Shown: one piece after another, positions 1 to 9,467 of the stretch
Layout of the letters: every line of letters begins with the position of its first letter
Position numbering within the stretch: position 1 is the stretch's first letter
IMG/VR virus record: IMGVR_UViG_3300036942_000148
Location: 14,609 to 78,608 of that record
DNA length: 64,000 nt
Direction: 5' to 3' (one strand)
Origin: a virus
Taxonomy: Duplodnaviria; Caudoviricetes
Translations under genes and position numbers: made by a program
The notes under the pieces: generated by a model
Databases searched by the model: none
What the model saw: the letters and a program-made list of their open reading frames with translations, nothing else
What the model was told of the DNA's origin: nothing

Positions 1-3
1 CAA

Positions 4-552
4 ATGTTAGCTAATTTTGCTCTCATGGCTAGTAATGGTGGTGGTAGTGGATCAATAAATAATAGTATAGTTGCCAATAATATTCCTAGAAGATCTTCTT
101 CTAGTAAGAAAAAATCTAGTAATGCTACACGTAATGGAAATAAAGCCAAAAGAAGAGCTACTACTAATCCTATTAAAAATATAGATGAAGATAATGAAAA
201 TGAAGATTTAAAAGAAGAGATTGAAGAAGAAATTAGTGATAATTCTCCTGACGCTTTTAATCCCGAAGAGATCCAAGAAGAAGATAGGAATGATGACGAA
301 GAAACATTCGAAATCGAGGACGATGATGATTTTGATATAGATGATTATGATACTACATTTCTAGAAGAAGAGTTGGAGAAAGATATGAATGAGAGTGTAT
401 CCAAGGAAGATGTGGTTGCAGATGAAGAAGATATTGAAAACGATGAAGATAATGATGAAGATGAAGAAGATGATATGGAGTTAGATGGTGGAGATAGCGT
501 ATTAAATAAGAAAAATCTTTTTGATCAAATCGAAGACGAAGATATGAGTTAA
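4..552 (+). CDS. Acidic low-complexity protein, possibly the C-terminus of a gene starting upstream of the window
   Basis: Frame is open from the window edge; S/K-rich linker then a D/E-rich tail; no family recognised. Confidence 0.6.
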   Translation: MLANFALMASNGGGSGSINNSIVANNIPRRSSSSKKKSSNATRNGNKAKRRATTNPIKNIDEDNENEDLKEEIEEEISDNSPDAFNPEEIQEEDRNDDEETFEIEDDDDFDIDDYDTTFLEEELEKDMNESVSKEDVVADEEDIENDEDNDEDEEDDMELDGGDSVLNKKNLFDQIEDEDMS

Positions 553-570
553 TTAAAATTAATCTAAGGA

Positions 571-915
571 GTGCATTTATTTATGGGTAATAATGATGTA
601 TTTGATGGTATAAAAGATATATCTAAAGAAGAAGTAAATGAAAAGAGAAATCAAAAAGGTAATACTAAGATAGGTCAAAAGAAGATAGAATATGAAATAA
701 AAGATGAAGATGATGACATAGTTCAATTATTGAAGCAAAAGATAAACGAAAAAGATATTCATCTTTATGATATGTATGATGAGTTTGGAAGAGAAACGGG
801 GTATAATACTTATTATGGTCTTTCACAGAGGACTTCTATCTCATTTAAGAATTTAAGAAGATGGGCAGACTTCTTAGATTTGAAAGTAGTAATCGATCTC
901 GTAGACAAAGATTAG
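571..915 (+). CDS. Hypothetical protein, possible C-terminal HTH
   Basis: AAGGA upstream of GTG; C-terminal GLSQRTSISFKNLRRWADFLD resembles a Cro/C1-type helix pair. Confidence 0.65.
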   Translation: MHLFMGNNDVFDGIKDISKEEVNEKRNQKGNTKIGQKKIEYEIKDEDDDIVQLLKQKINEKDIHLYDMYDEFGRETGYNTYYGLSQRTSISFKNLRRWADFLDLKVVIDLVDKD

Positions 916-923
916 AATAAAAT

Positions 924-958
924 ATAGACAATCACCTTATAGTTGGGTGATTGTCTAT
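924..958. terminator. Bidirectional intrinsic terminator
   Basis: 13-bp inverted repeat ATAGACAATCACC/GGTGATTGTCTAT between convergent genes. Confidence 0.8.
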
Positions 959-968
959 TTAATATTGG

Positions 969-1517
969 TTACTGACTTTCTAACATCAATCTTTCTAGAT
1001 CGTCACTAACTGCATTATATTTATATTCTACTTCACGTTCATCTAAAATTTCTTTTTTCTCTGCATTGGTCATTTCTTCAATTTCTTCTTCAGTATATAC
1101 TACTATGTCCTGCACTACTTCTTCCTCTTCTACAGATTCTTCTTCTGTAACCTCTTCAGTAGTGGGTTCTTCATTTTGAACTTCTTCTGTAGATTCAACA
1201 GTATCAGATTCCTCTTCAACTACTTCTTCCTCTTTTGACTGTTCTACATCAATTTCTTCCTCTGCAACTTCTTCAGTAGTGGATTCTTCATCTTGAACTT
1301 CTGGAGTAGGTTCTTCTTGTTCATTTTCTTTACGCTCCATTTGTTCCCTGATGGATTCGATGTTTCTTTCATCGATAACTTTAACATCGATCCCAATTGT
1401 CTTTAAACGATTATAAACCTCTTCAGTAACCCAAATAGGAGAATTGATTGGTCCACGTGCATTTAAAAATGGAATGTGCCCTACAGTTTTAACAGTAATT
1501 TTTAATTTTTTTAGCAT
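969..1517 (-). CDS. Glu-rich protein with a short C-terminal helix-extension-helix-like module
   Basis: GAGAGG SD; EEV/EEP-rich linker; C-terminus EMTNAEKKEILDEREVEYKYNAVSDDL. Confidence 0.75.
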   Translation of the reverse strand: MLKKLKITVKTVGHIPFLNARGPINSPIWVTEEVYNRLKTIGIDVKVIDERNIESIREQMERKENEQEEPTPEVQDEESTTEEVAEEEIDVEQSKEEEVVEEESDTVESTEEVQNEEPTTEEVTEEESVEEEEVVQDIVVYTEEEIEEMTNAEKKEILDEREVEYKYNAVSDDLERLMLESQ

Positions 1518-1530
1518 TCATTACACCTCT

Positions 1531-1698
1531 CTAAAGAATTTTTTTATTATCTAATTGTTTGTTGATAGGTTCTACTTTATCTAAATCTTTTATAAACTTA
1601 GCAACTTTACCGTCCATCAAGTCCTTTAAAGTCCTTACTTCTCTTTGCTCTATATTATTTTTCCTTACTTCATCATTAATTTTGTCTATATTACTCAT
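1531..1698 (-). CDS. Small 55-aa protein missing from the ORF track (MSNIDKINDEVRKNN...)
   Basis: AGGTAGGTG SD; ATG at 1698, TAG at 1531; fills the gap between two minus-strand genes. Confidence 0.55.
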   Translation of the reverse strand: MSNIDKINDEVRKNNIEQREVRTLKDLMDGKVAKFIKDLDKVEPINKQLDNKKIL

Positions 1699-1707
1699 TA
1701 ATTACAC

Positions 1708-2898
1708 CTACCTTTGTGTTCTTAATTTAATGTCTTCTTTTAATATATAAATTATTAAAGGAATTAAATAGAATTCCTGTATACTATCAGAATAATTTAA
1801 ATTATTAATAGTTTCTAAAATAGAAGTATCTACCATAGGTAACTGGTTGTTGAAATATTTGATTATGATGTTCTCCAGTTCTCTACCTTCTTCTGTGTAT
1901 TCTACATTATCTTTAATATTACTAATTAAAGTGTCATTGAATATTTTGTATGACCCGTCTGGATTCTCAGTCATGAATACTTCATGATACTCTCTATTAC
2001 TAAAATAAAAAGGCATTGATTGATCAGATATGATGCTTGTAAAAAATCTTTCGTATAATAAATTACTAGTATTGTGATTTTCTATAGATTTATATATGGT
2101 TTTTTGATACATCTTTACAGACTCTATATTCTTCTGAGTGTAATCTTCTACAAATATATGACCAGTAAAAATGTAATCTTCTTGGAGTAAATTGTTTTCT
2201 CTAATAAAAGTAGTTAAAAATCTATCATATATCACCTTTCCATCGTGATTAGCTATGAAACAATTGAAGTCTTCATTGAAGAAATACAGTTTATAGTGAT
2301 CGAATAATCTACTTATGATGTCCTTTTCAAAATCCATTAAATATTTTTCTGTAGATTTTACTATGGTTTGTGATTTATCCCCAATATTATTCACATCAAA
2401 AGAGTATTCTTCATATATTTGTTCGTCAATCAATCCGACTTCGTCCTCAGAGATAGCATAGTCGATTTCATAGAATCTGTCTCCACTAACCTTGTCTACG
2501 TTAACGCTAGTTACTTTAAATAGATATTGTTGGTTTTCATGTTCGAATACGAAATAATCGTCTGGTCTGGGTCTGACTGTATCTGGTAGTATAACTCCCG
2601 ATCCATTATAATCAGAAACATAACCAAAACCATCTTCCTCTATCCCAAGAGCCATTTCGGTAACGCCGTACAGTACAAAATTCTCTATTTTATTAAATTT
2701 AACGGGTGACTCTTCCCCTACAACTTCAACTACGGTGTGGAGAGATTCATCTTCAGTGGTGTTTAAATCGTCAGTAGCGTAGTATGTTACGAAAGTAGGA
2801 GTTCCTTCAAAATACTCTGTGTATTCTGACAGTGATTTATTTAAATAATCTTGAATGTTATTTTCAACTATTTCTTCTTTATTTATAAGTTGACCCAT
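1708..2898 (-). CDS. Putative virion structural protein
   Basis: 396-aa ORF with GAGGTGA SD and an upstream AACA-N6-TA motif; beta-rich N-terminal half. Confidence 0.55.
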   Translation of the reverse strand: MGQLINKEEIVENNIQDYLNKSLSEYTEYFEGTPTFVTYYATDDLNTTEDESLHTVVEVVGEESPVKFNKIENFVLYGVTEMALGIEEDGFGYVSDYNGSGVILPDTVRPRPDDYFVFEHENQQYLFKVTSVNVDKVSGDRFYEIDYAISEDEVGLIDEQIYEEYSFDVNNIGDKSQTIVKSTEKYLMDFEKDIISRLFDHYKLYFFNEDFNCFIANHDGKVIYDRFLTTFIRENNLLQEDYIFTGHIFVEDYTQKNIESVKMYQKTIYKSIENHNTSNLLYERFFTSIISDQSMPFYFSNREYHEVFMTENPDGSYKIFNDTLISNIKDNVEYTEEGRELENIIIKYFNNQLPMVDTSILETINNLNYSDSIQEFYLIPLIIYILKEDIKLRTQR

Positions 2899-2929
2899 TT
2901 TATTTGACTCACCTCAATTCTTATAAAAT

Positions 2930-2941
2930 TATTATATTGTT
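2930..2941 (-). promoter_or_regulatory. AACA-N6-TA late-type promoter
   Basis: AACAATATAATA upstream of the gene starting at 2898. Confidence 0.6.
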
Positions 2942-2977
2942 TTCATATATTGATAAAATTGTTAGGAGTGATTATTA

Positions 2978-3484
2978 ATGAGAAATATGTATGACGAAGA
3001 ATTTACTAAAATAGAAGAAATTAAAAACTTCATAGATAATGATTTATATAATGTAGTAAGGGATGTGAATAATAAAAGAAGAGGAGATTGGAACGATAAT
3101 AAAGATGCTTTTGATTATTATTTTATTATAACTACTGAAGAAAAGTTAGAATCATTCATTAAAACAGTAAATTTAACGTTATACCTCCCAGTAATTCCAG
3201 TTGAGAAAGTTAGATATTATTGTAACATGTCTCATATAAATGCTAGCACTGAAAAAGAATTATATGATGGTTTTCATATAAAGCAATTATTAATCTACAG
3301 TAAAATAAAAGAAAATGGACAATTAAAGAAATGCTTAACTATCATTGATTTTACTAAATATTTTAATGACAGTGAAATATACAAGAAAATAAAAGTATTA
3401 GAAAGTAAAAAAGCTATGGAAAAGAAAATGGATCCAGACAACTATAATCATAAGGAGGCTTCATTACGTGAAGAAATTGTTTAA
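2978..3484 (+). CDS. Tandem paralog family member 1
   Basis: C-terminal motif IIDFTKYFNDSEIY...KKAMEKKM shared with the next five genes. Confidence 0.85.
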   Translation: MRNMYDEEFTKIEEIKNFIDNDLYNVVRDVNNKRRGDWNDNKDAFDYYFIITTEEKLESFIKTVNLTLYLPVIPVEKVRYYCNMSHINASTEKELYDGFHIKQLLIYSKIKENGQLKKCLTIIDFTKYFNDSEIYKKIKVLESKKAMEKKMDPDNYNHKEASLREEIV

Positions 3485-3893
3485 CTACAAAATTAAAAAA
3501 TATCATGACATACAAGGAATTATTAGTAGTGAATTTTATAGTAAGTTTTTCAGTTATATGTTAAATTCTCTTGGAAAACATCCAGGTGACAAATTTAGCA
3601 AGTTTAATATAATCACTAAAGAAGATCAATTAAACCAGTTTATCAGTAGTTATGAAATTTATCCCTATGTTAATATTAAAGGTGGTGTGATGTTTCAATC
3701 TCCTGTCAGATGGGTTGCTAGTTATGAGACATATGAAAATGAAGACGGATTTGTAAAGTATTTAACTCTATATTTTAAATCAAAAGAAATAGTATTCATT
3801 GATTTTAAAAAATATTTTTATGACACTCAATGTTATAATGATATTAAAAATAAGATTAAGAAATCTAGATTAGAACATAAACTAAGGAAGTGA
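3468..3893 (+). CDS. Tandem paralog family member 2
   Basis: FIDFKKYFYDTQCY...KKSRLEHKL. Confidence 0.85.
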   Translation: MKKLFNYKIKKYHDIQGIISSEFYSKFFSYMLNSLGKHPGDKFSKFNIITKEDQLNQFISSYEIYPYVNIKGGVMFQSPVRWVASYETYENEDGFVKYLTLYFKSKEIVFIDFKKYFYDTQCYNDIKNKIKKSRLEHKLRK

Positions 3894-4351
3894 TTATTAT
3901 GGAAGATTATTATGGTGAGAATTATTATAACTACAGTTGTAAAAATATAAAAGATTTAAAGAAAGTCTTAAATAAAAATTTTTATAATAAAATGTATACC
4001 AGGATCAATCTAAGAATCCATCATGAAATAGATTTAAAGTTCAAGTTTTATTCAGTCATTAATGAAGAGAAAGAACTGTCTGACTTCTTTGATAAATTTC
4101 AAATTAACTTAAAGATATCAATATCTAAAGATCTAATATTAGACTCCCCATTTGTTGACAGCACTTACTATGAAATATTTTATGATGAAGATGGAATGAT
4201 AGAACAATTATTATTTTTATATAGGAGATCGTATACAAAATTGTTTGTTATTGATTTTAAAAATGATTTTAAAGATAGTGAAATTTACAGAGATTTATTA
4301 ACACAATCTAAAAAATTAATTATGGAATCTAGATTGAAAGGTCAAATATAA
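3890..4351 (+). CDS. Tandem paralog family member 3
   Basis: VIDFKNDFKDSEIY...KKLIMESRL. Confidence 0.85.
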   Translation: MIIMEDYYGENYYNYSCKNIKDLKKVLNKNFYNKMYTRINLRIHHEIDLKFKFYSVINEEKELSDFFDKFQINLKISISKDLILDSPFVDSTYYEIFYDEDGMIEQLLFLYRRSYTKLFVIDFKNDFKDSEIYRDLLTQSKKLIMESRLKGQI

Positions 4352-4355
4352 AGGA

Positions 4356-4799
4356 GTGGTGGTAGTGAAATATGAAGTAGATATTACAAAGAATGACATT
4401 GATGATATAGAAGGATTAATAAGCGATGAATTTCTTAAATTATTATATGAATATATTATGTTTGAAAATTATATACCTGATAGGATAGAGAATTATAATT
4501 TTTATTATATAATAAATACTGAGGAAAAATTAAAAGAAATATTTAAAGATATTGATTTTCTCACTTATTTATTTAGTACAGATTTATATGCAATTTCAAC
4601 AGATGACAAAATTGAAATCTATAATGAATTTAAAGATGATAATGGATTTATTAAGTATTTAATAATTAAAGTTTGTAATCCTGATAGCTTATTATTAATA
4701 GATTTTAATAAGTATTTCTCTGATAGTGATTTCTATAAAGAATTAAAAAGGAAGATGAAGAAAAAAATCATGGAATCTAAATTAAAGTATAAACTATAG
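4356..4799 (+). CDS. Tandem paralog family member 4 (start probably GTG 4365)
   Basis: LIDFNKYFSDSDFY...KKIMESKL. Confidence 0.85.
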   Translation: MVVVKYEVDITKNDIDDIEGLISDEFLKLLYEYIMFENYIPDRIENYNFYYIINTEEKLKEIFKDIDFLTYLFSTDLYAISTDDKIEIYNEFKDDNGFIKYLIIKVCNPDSLLLIDFNKYFSDSDFYKELKRKMKKKIMESKLKYKL

Positions 4800-4805
4800 A
4801 AAGGT

Positions 4806-5309
4806 GTGATTAAAATTAATAAGAAGACTATATATAATAAAATATTCACTAATTTAGAAGATTTAAAGGGTGAACTATCTGAATCCTTTTATGAAGAACT
4901 AGTTAAAATTCAAATAGATGCTAGAAGAGATATTTCTCATTATACATTAATAACTGAAGATGAGAACCTATATGAATTCCTTAAAATTTCAAGATTAAAA
5001 ATCTGTAATTCTCTATTTCAAGCTAGTAGAAATAGAGTTAACTATTATATTAGTAATGGTAATATTGATTCAGTTGTAATTGGCGATTATTATAATAAAA
5101 ATGGAAGAATAGAAAAATTATTGATTACTATTGCTACGAATAATAGTTATATTTTATTAATAATAGATTTTAAAAAATATTTTTCTAACAGTCCTTTCTA
5201 TAATCAGTTAAAAATGCTAGAAAGGAAAATTATAATGGAGTACAAAATAAAAGACAATCATAATTATGATAGACAAGAGAGGTTGTTATGTGATGAAATT
5301 AAAATATAG
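4806..5309 (+). CDS. Tandem paralog family member 5
   Basis: IIDFKKYFSNSPFY...RKIIMEYKI. Confidence 0.85.
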   Translation: MIKINKKTIYNKIFTNLEDLKGELSESFYEELVKIQIDARRDISHYTLITEDENLYEFLKISRLKICNSLFQASRNRVNYYISNGNIDSVVIGDYYNKNGRIEKLLITIATNNSYILLIIDFKKYFSNSPFYNQLKMLERKIIMEYKIKDNHNYDRQERLLCDEIKI

Positions 5310-5772
5310 TGAAAATTACAATGGTCCTAAATATCCCAAATTATTCGAAGAAGATGAATTTAAAGAATTAAGTGCTCACAGAGTGAATAGTGATTATGAT
5401 ATTAATAATGAGATCATAAAAAAGAGATTAAATAGTATCGTATTCGGAAATACTTCTTTTAGTCATTACTTTACCCATTATAAAGTAATAAAGAAAGAAG
5501 AGAACCTTAGAAAGATAATAGATTACATGGATCTTGACTATGACTCTTTTTATGATGATACGTATGTATTTTTTGATAGGAACGATGTAGATAATTATTT
5601 CTCAAAAAAGAATACAGAAACTGGAGAATTTGAAATATTAATATTAAAATATTTACCTCAATCCTTACTCATTATAGATTTTACTAATCAATTTAAAGAT
5701 TCTAAAATTAGAAAGGAATTCAATAATACAGTAAAGAAAAAAGTAATGGAAAAGAAACTTACCAATAAGTAA
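5266..5772 (+). CDS. Tandem paralog family member 6 (start probably 5290 or 5293)
   Basis: IIDFTNQFKDSKIR...KKKVMEKKL; GAGAGG SD precedes 5290/5293. Confidence 0.85.
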   Translation: MIDKRGCYVMKLKYSENYNGPKYPKLFEEDEFKELSAHRVNSDYDINNEIIKKRLNSIVFGNTSFSHYFTHYKVIKKEENLRKIIDYMDLDYDSFYDDTYVFFDRNDVDNYFSKKNTETGEFEILILKYLPQSLLIIDFTNQFKDSKIRKEFNNTVKKKVMEKKLTNK

Positions 5773-5796
5773 TCTGGTAAGTTTCTTTTTTTTTTT
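5754..5796 (+). terminator. Intrinsic terminator ending the paralog array
   Basis: GAAACTTACCA/TGGTAAGTTTC inverted repeat followed by a long T run. Confidence 0.8.
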
Positions 5797-5934
5797 GGTT
5801 GCCGTAAAGGCTCTAATCATAATCAGTTGTCGCATTTAAGACTCTAATTTAATTAGCAGGTGGACGGCGTATTCCACATCTCTTTATCCAACCATTAAGG
5901 TAGCGATAGTTGCCTGTTCTATCCTCTGCTAATT
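5797..5934 (-). ncRNA. Unidentified structured RNA candidate downstream of the RNAP beta-like stop codon
   Basis: GC-enriched; 9-bp closing stem AATTAGCAG/CTGCTAATT enclosing three hairpins, further 3' hairpins and a possible pseudoknot; no family recognised. Confidence 0.45.
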
Positions 5935-5943
5935 ATTCATTTG

Positions 5944-6021
5944 TTATTCTTCATATATTTCTCTAACTTTCTCTTTTAGATTTAATATGATCTTATTAAT
6001 ATATAGCAAGTAATAAACATC
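5944..6021 (-). CDS. rpoB: RNAP beta-like subunit, exon 4 (DVYYLLYINKIILNLKEKVREIYEE*)
   Basis: Joins in frame to exon 3 (SRMTL|DVYY); follows the intron-terminal G at 6022. Confidence 0.75.
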   Translation of the reverse strand, partial: DVYYLLYINKIILNLKEKVREIYEE

Positions 6022-6259
6022 CAATTATTAATTTATTAACTTTATATTTCTATAAAGATTAGACTATATCATTATCCTTTTTTGAAGGATATTCCCTATT
6101 TCCACTATAATATTAGTGTACTCTCTTTCGAGATAGTCGTTGAACATTCTTATTAATTTATAATAAGATTTGCTGCTGATTGTCCATTAATAATGGATAT
6201 CCCAGCATTTAAAGGAATTTTTCATATAATATTACTATTATAAGGCTCAATGTTTATTT
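6022..6259 (-). mobile_element. Group I intron 3 (238 nt, no ORF)
   Basis: Exon GCUU pairs with intron GAGC (U.G at the splice site); core motifs AATCAGCAGC, GTTCAACGACTAT, GATATAGTCT; ends in G. Confidence 0.85.
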
Positions 6260-6390
6260 AAGCGTCATTCTACTTACTATACTTAATGGAGAACAAATTG
6301 CTTCTATTTTATCATCTTCATCATTTTCTGTATATGGAGCATTTTCTTCATCGAATATATCTCCGATTATACTTTTGAGGGCGATATTAA
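6260..6390 (-). CDS. rpoB: RNAP beta-like subunit, exon 3 (131 nt)
   Basis: Encodes NIALKSIIGDIFDEENAPY...CSPLSIVSRMTL, matching the bacterial beta GNKGVIS...NPLGVPSRM region. Confidence 0.85.
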
Positions 6391-6637
6391 CGTTTTTCTT
6401 TATATAAGATCGTTAATCTTACATCATAAAGCTATATATTTCTATATAGACGAGACTATATCAAAATCCTTAAATTAAGGATTCCCTTTATTTCTAATAG
6501 ACTTCTATTATAATATAGTCGTTGAATGTTCTTATTATTAAATTATAATAAGATCCACTGCTTATCATCCAATTAAGGAGTTTCAAGCAATTAAAAGGGT
6601 TTAGACATACTATCACTAGTATGAATCACTAAAATTC
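6391..6637 (-). mobile_element. Group I intron 2 (about 247 nt, no ORF)
   Basis: Core motifs AATTGCTTGAAACTCC, ATAAGCAGTG, TTCAACGACTAT, GATATAGTCT; ends AAAACG; removal restores GDKFT|FNIALK; the 5' boundary is inferred from frame, P1 pairing is weak. Confidence 0.8.
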
Positions 6638-7826
6638 ATGTAAATTTATCGCCGACTTCCATATAATCTTTATAAGTTATATAATAGACAATCAAAATAC
6701 CATTGACATCCTGACCATTTATCTTATCTTGATCAGTCTGCTTGACAGTAGGAAGATTCATCTTACTTCTAGGAATCCCTTCTTTTTCAGCCATTTCAAT
6801 TCTCTTATCAGTTCTCTCTTTAAATGTTTTAATTAGTTTTTGAATTGATTTAGACATCTCTTCTAAAGGTCTATTATAATATATTTCAACGTCAGAAACT
6901 GTTCCAGTGTACTTACTCTTTATTATATTTTGACCCATTTTATCTATCTCTTCTTCAAACTCTTGACCGAGTTTATCGAGTAGTTCATTAGCTTCATCTT
7001 CATCAAAGGCACTTTCAAACACTAATAGTGGGTCTCCATTCTTAACTTTAGCACCTTTCTCAGTATAATCCTGAATCACTGTACTAGCACCTAAGTTTAT
7101 CTCCTTCTTCATGGTAATTTCAGTAGCCATGTCTTCAGAAAGGTTTCTAGTAATCATAGCACTATCTTCATAGGTTCTATCATTGCTATGGATAGCTACC
7201 TTAGCGAGAGTTCCACCCACTAATTCAGAATCTTTCTTACCACCTTTAAAGAACTTGTCATTTTTAGATAATACATCATTCTTATCGAACTTTTCTCCTT
7301 CTTTTACCGTTGAGGTGTGTTGATTATTTGTATAAAATCCTGAGTTTGAATTCTTCCCCAAGACAGGACTTAAATCGATAAGGTCTTTTTCTCCATTATC
7401 GTATTTAACAATCATCAATTGATTTTTTTCATCTATTTTTTCAACTTTACCACTATCTTTAGCTTTAAATACAAAATCATCATTCAATACTTGTGGCATA
7501 GTCTTCTCTACTCCACTACCAACTAATAACTTATCCTGCTTATCAGTATTGATAATATGCTTAGATTGGATGGAAGTCATCTGAATTCTCTGAGCATCAG
7601 ATCTAGTAGCAGTGAAACTATTGAACATTTCTGAAGGAGCTAATATATCAGCAGCAGTTAGATCCTCTACAGATTTACTAGTATCAATTATTCCTCTAGT
7701 ATTTTCAATAGAAGCATTATAACTCATTTGTCTAACATTACCAACTTTACCACTATCAGGAGTATTAATACTAAACGTACCAAACATACTCTCATCATAA
7801 GCTTTTTGTTCTAATGTAAATGATCT
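6638..7826 (-). CDS. rpoB: RNAP beta-like subunit, exon 2
   Basis: RSFTLEQKAYDESMFGTFSINTPDSGKVG matches beta [42 protein letters not shown] and EVGDK motifs. Confidence 0.9.
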
Positions 7827-8065
7827 CGTTTATATTATTATAGATTCATTAAATCTAAACTATATATTACTATATAGACTAGACTATATCATTATCCTTA
7901 TAGAAGGATACTTCCTTTTTCCATTAGATTTCTAATGTACTTTATAGTCGTTGAACGTTTTTTATTAGAATATAATAAAAATACGCTGCTTATTGTCCAA
8001 CTGGAGTTCTAAGCAATTAAGGAAATTTTCATAAATTATTACTAATTTATGCAGCTCTTGTTAAG

Positions 8066-9439
8066 TTAGTTTAAAAAATCAAATTCCTCAAAATAAGATG
8101 AATTATTTTTTAGATAGTATTTATTTTCATTTAAAACTTCATTTTTATTTGGATTGAAATAATATAAATCATATATATCTATTACTGCTGGATTTATTTT
8201 ATTATCATCTAAAAATAAATTATCTATTATTTTATTTATATTCTCTTTATTCTTATAAGATATTCTTATAAAATGATAATCATTATCTTCAACCCATTTA
8301 TTTTTAGTCCAATCTCTTTTAATACTATCTTTGCTAGTAAATAAACATTTTTCAAAATGTTGAGCACCATCGTATTCAATAATAATATTATTATTAATTA
8401 ATAAATCCATTGATAGGGTATTTATATATTTTAAGTCTTCAAATCCTTTCTCTGTCTCAAAATCTATATTTTTATTTTCTAAAATGTCAATTATTGTTAA
8501 CATTGCTTTTGAAACAGGAGTTTTACAAATTGGGCAACGAGTTCCTTTATTTAAAAATAAATTAGGAGTTGGATACCAAATATGTCCACACTCTTTATGT
8601 TTTGTTTTAACTCCTGTGCGTGTATTATAATATTCTCCCATTATTTCATATCCTTCTGAAACTTCATTTACTTCTTCGATATACATTTCAGTATTTTTAT
8701 GAAGTTTTCCAGAACATCTTGGACAACCAAATGCATCTGTTTTATTTCTTTGAGCCCAATAATGAACCGTTTTAGGATATCCTTTCCACTCAAATCCACA
8801 TACTTGACATTGTAGAAAACATTCTTCTCTATCTTTTGTATAATTATCTATTATTTTAATACGATTTTTAGTAGAATTATCTAATCTTTCTTGCATAACT
8901 TCTTCTGTAATAGTTATTGTCTCTCGACAAACAGTACAAGTTTCTTTGAATTTATCTTGATTTCTTGATCGTATAAATTCAGATGGTAAAATTTCAAACT
9001 TACTATCACAAACATCATGTAATAATTCTACTTTTGTTTTTCCATCAACAAATTTTGAAAGTAAAGTATAATCATTATCATATAATTCTTTTATTCTTGT
9101 TTTAAATATCTTTTCAGTTAATTTATGATAATCTTTACCTCTTGTATCTATATTATAATCATTTAATCTTCTTTGAATTAAAGCAATAGATACATTAAAA
9201 TGATTGGCTACTTCTTTTTGAGTCATTTCTTCATCTTTATATAATCTTTTTAATTCATCTTTTGGAATATGCTTTTTATTTGATCGTGTTTTTATATTAT
9301 ATTTTTTCATCTTTCTTCCAATTGTACTTGATCCACAATCAAAATAATTAGCAAGTTCTTTTTGAGTCATTTCTTCATCTTTATATAATCTTTTTAATTC
9401 ATCTTTTGGAATTTTGATTTTTTTAACCATATTTGTCAC
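8066..9439 (-). CDS. Intron-encoded putative homing endonuclease: two HTH repeats, zinc ribbons and a Vsr-like PD-(D/E)xK domain
   Basis: Duplicated PKDELKRLYKDEEMTQKE HTH; CxxC/HxxC motifs; C-terminal MDLLINNNIIIEYDGAQHF; true start probably ATG 9430. Confidence 0.8.
   Translation of the reverse strand: MTNMVKKIKIPKDELKRLYKDEEMTQKELANYFDCGSSTIGRKMKKYNIKTRSNKKHIPKDELKRLYKDEEMTQKEVANHFNVSIALIQRRLNDYNIDTRGKDYHKLTEKIFKTRIKELYDNDYTLLSKFVDGKTKVELLHDVCDSKFEILPSEFIRSRNQDKFKETCTVCRETITITEEVMQERLDNSTKNRIKIIDNYTKDREECFLQCQVCGFEWKGYPKTVHYWAQRNKTDAFGCPRCSGKLHKNTEMYIEEVNEVSEGYEIMGEYYNTRTGVKTKHKECGHIWYPTPNLFLNKGTRCPICKTPVSKAMLTIIDILENKNIDFETEKGFEDLKYINTLSMDLLINNNIIIEYDGAQHFEKCLFTSKDSIKRDWTKNKWVEDNDYHFIRISYKNKENINKIIDNLFLDDNKINPAVIDIYDLYYFNPNKNEVLNENKYYLKNNSSYFEEFDFLN
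9212..9412. repeat. Exact 57-bp direct repeat (9212-9268 and 9356-9412) in the endonuclease gene
   Basis: Identical copies with a 144-bp period (48 aa). Confidence 0.9.
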
Positions 9440-9455
9440 ATCCTCTAATTTTTAT

Positions 9456-9467
9456 TATATAATTGTT
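9456..9467 (-). promoter_or_regulatory. Intron-internal AACA-N6-TA promoter for the endonuclease gene
   Basis: AACAATTATATA, identical to the copies at 12278 and 20558. Confidence 0.65.

Noticed and set aside
1559-1750. 63-aa plus-strand ORF
   Set aside because: Shadow of a minus-strand 55-aa ORF (1531-1698) that has an SD and fits the operon
5851-5934. tRNA, given the cloverleaf-like shape
   Set aside because: No TTC T-loop, no D-loop GG, no 7-nt anticodon loop and no CCA
6636-7787. 383-aa ORF as a separate gene starting at Met 7787
   Set aside because: The frame extends 13 codons upstream to an intron 3' G, and its TGA is inside intron 2
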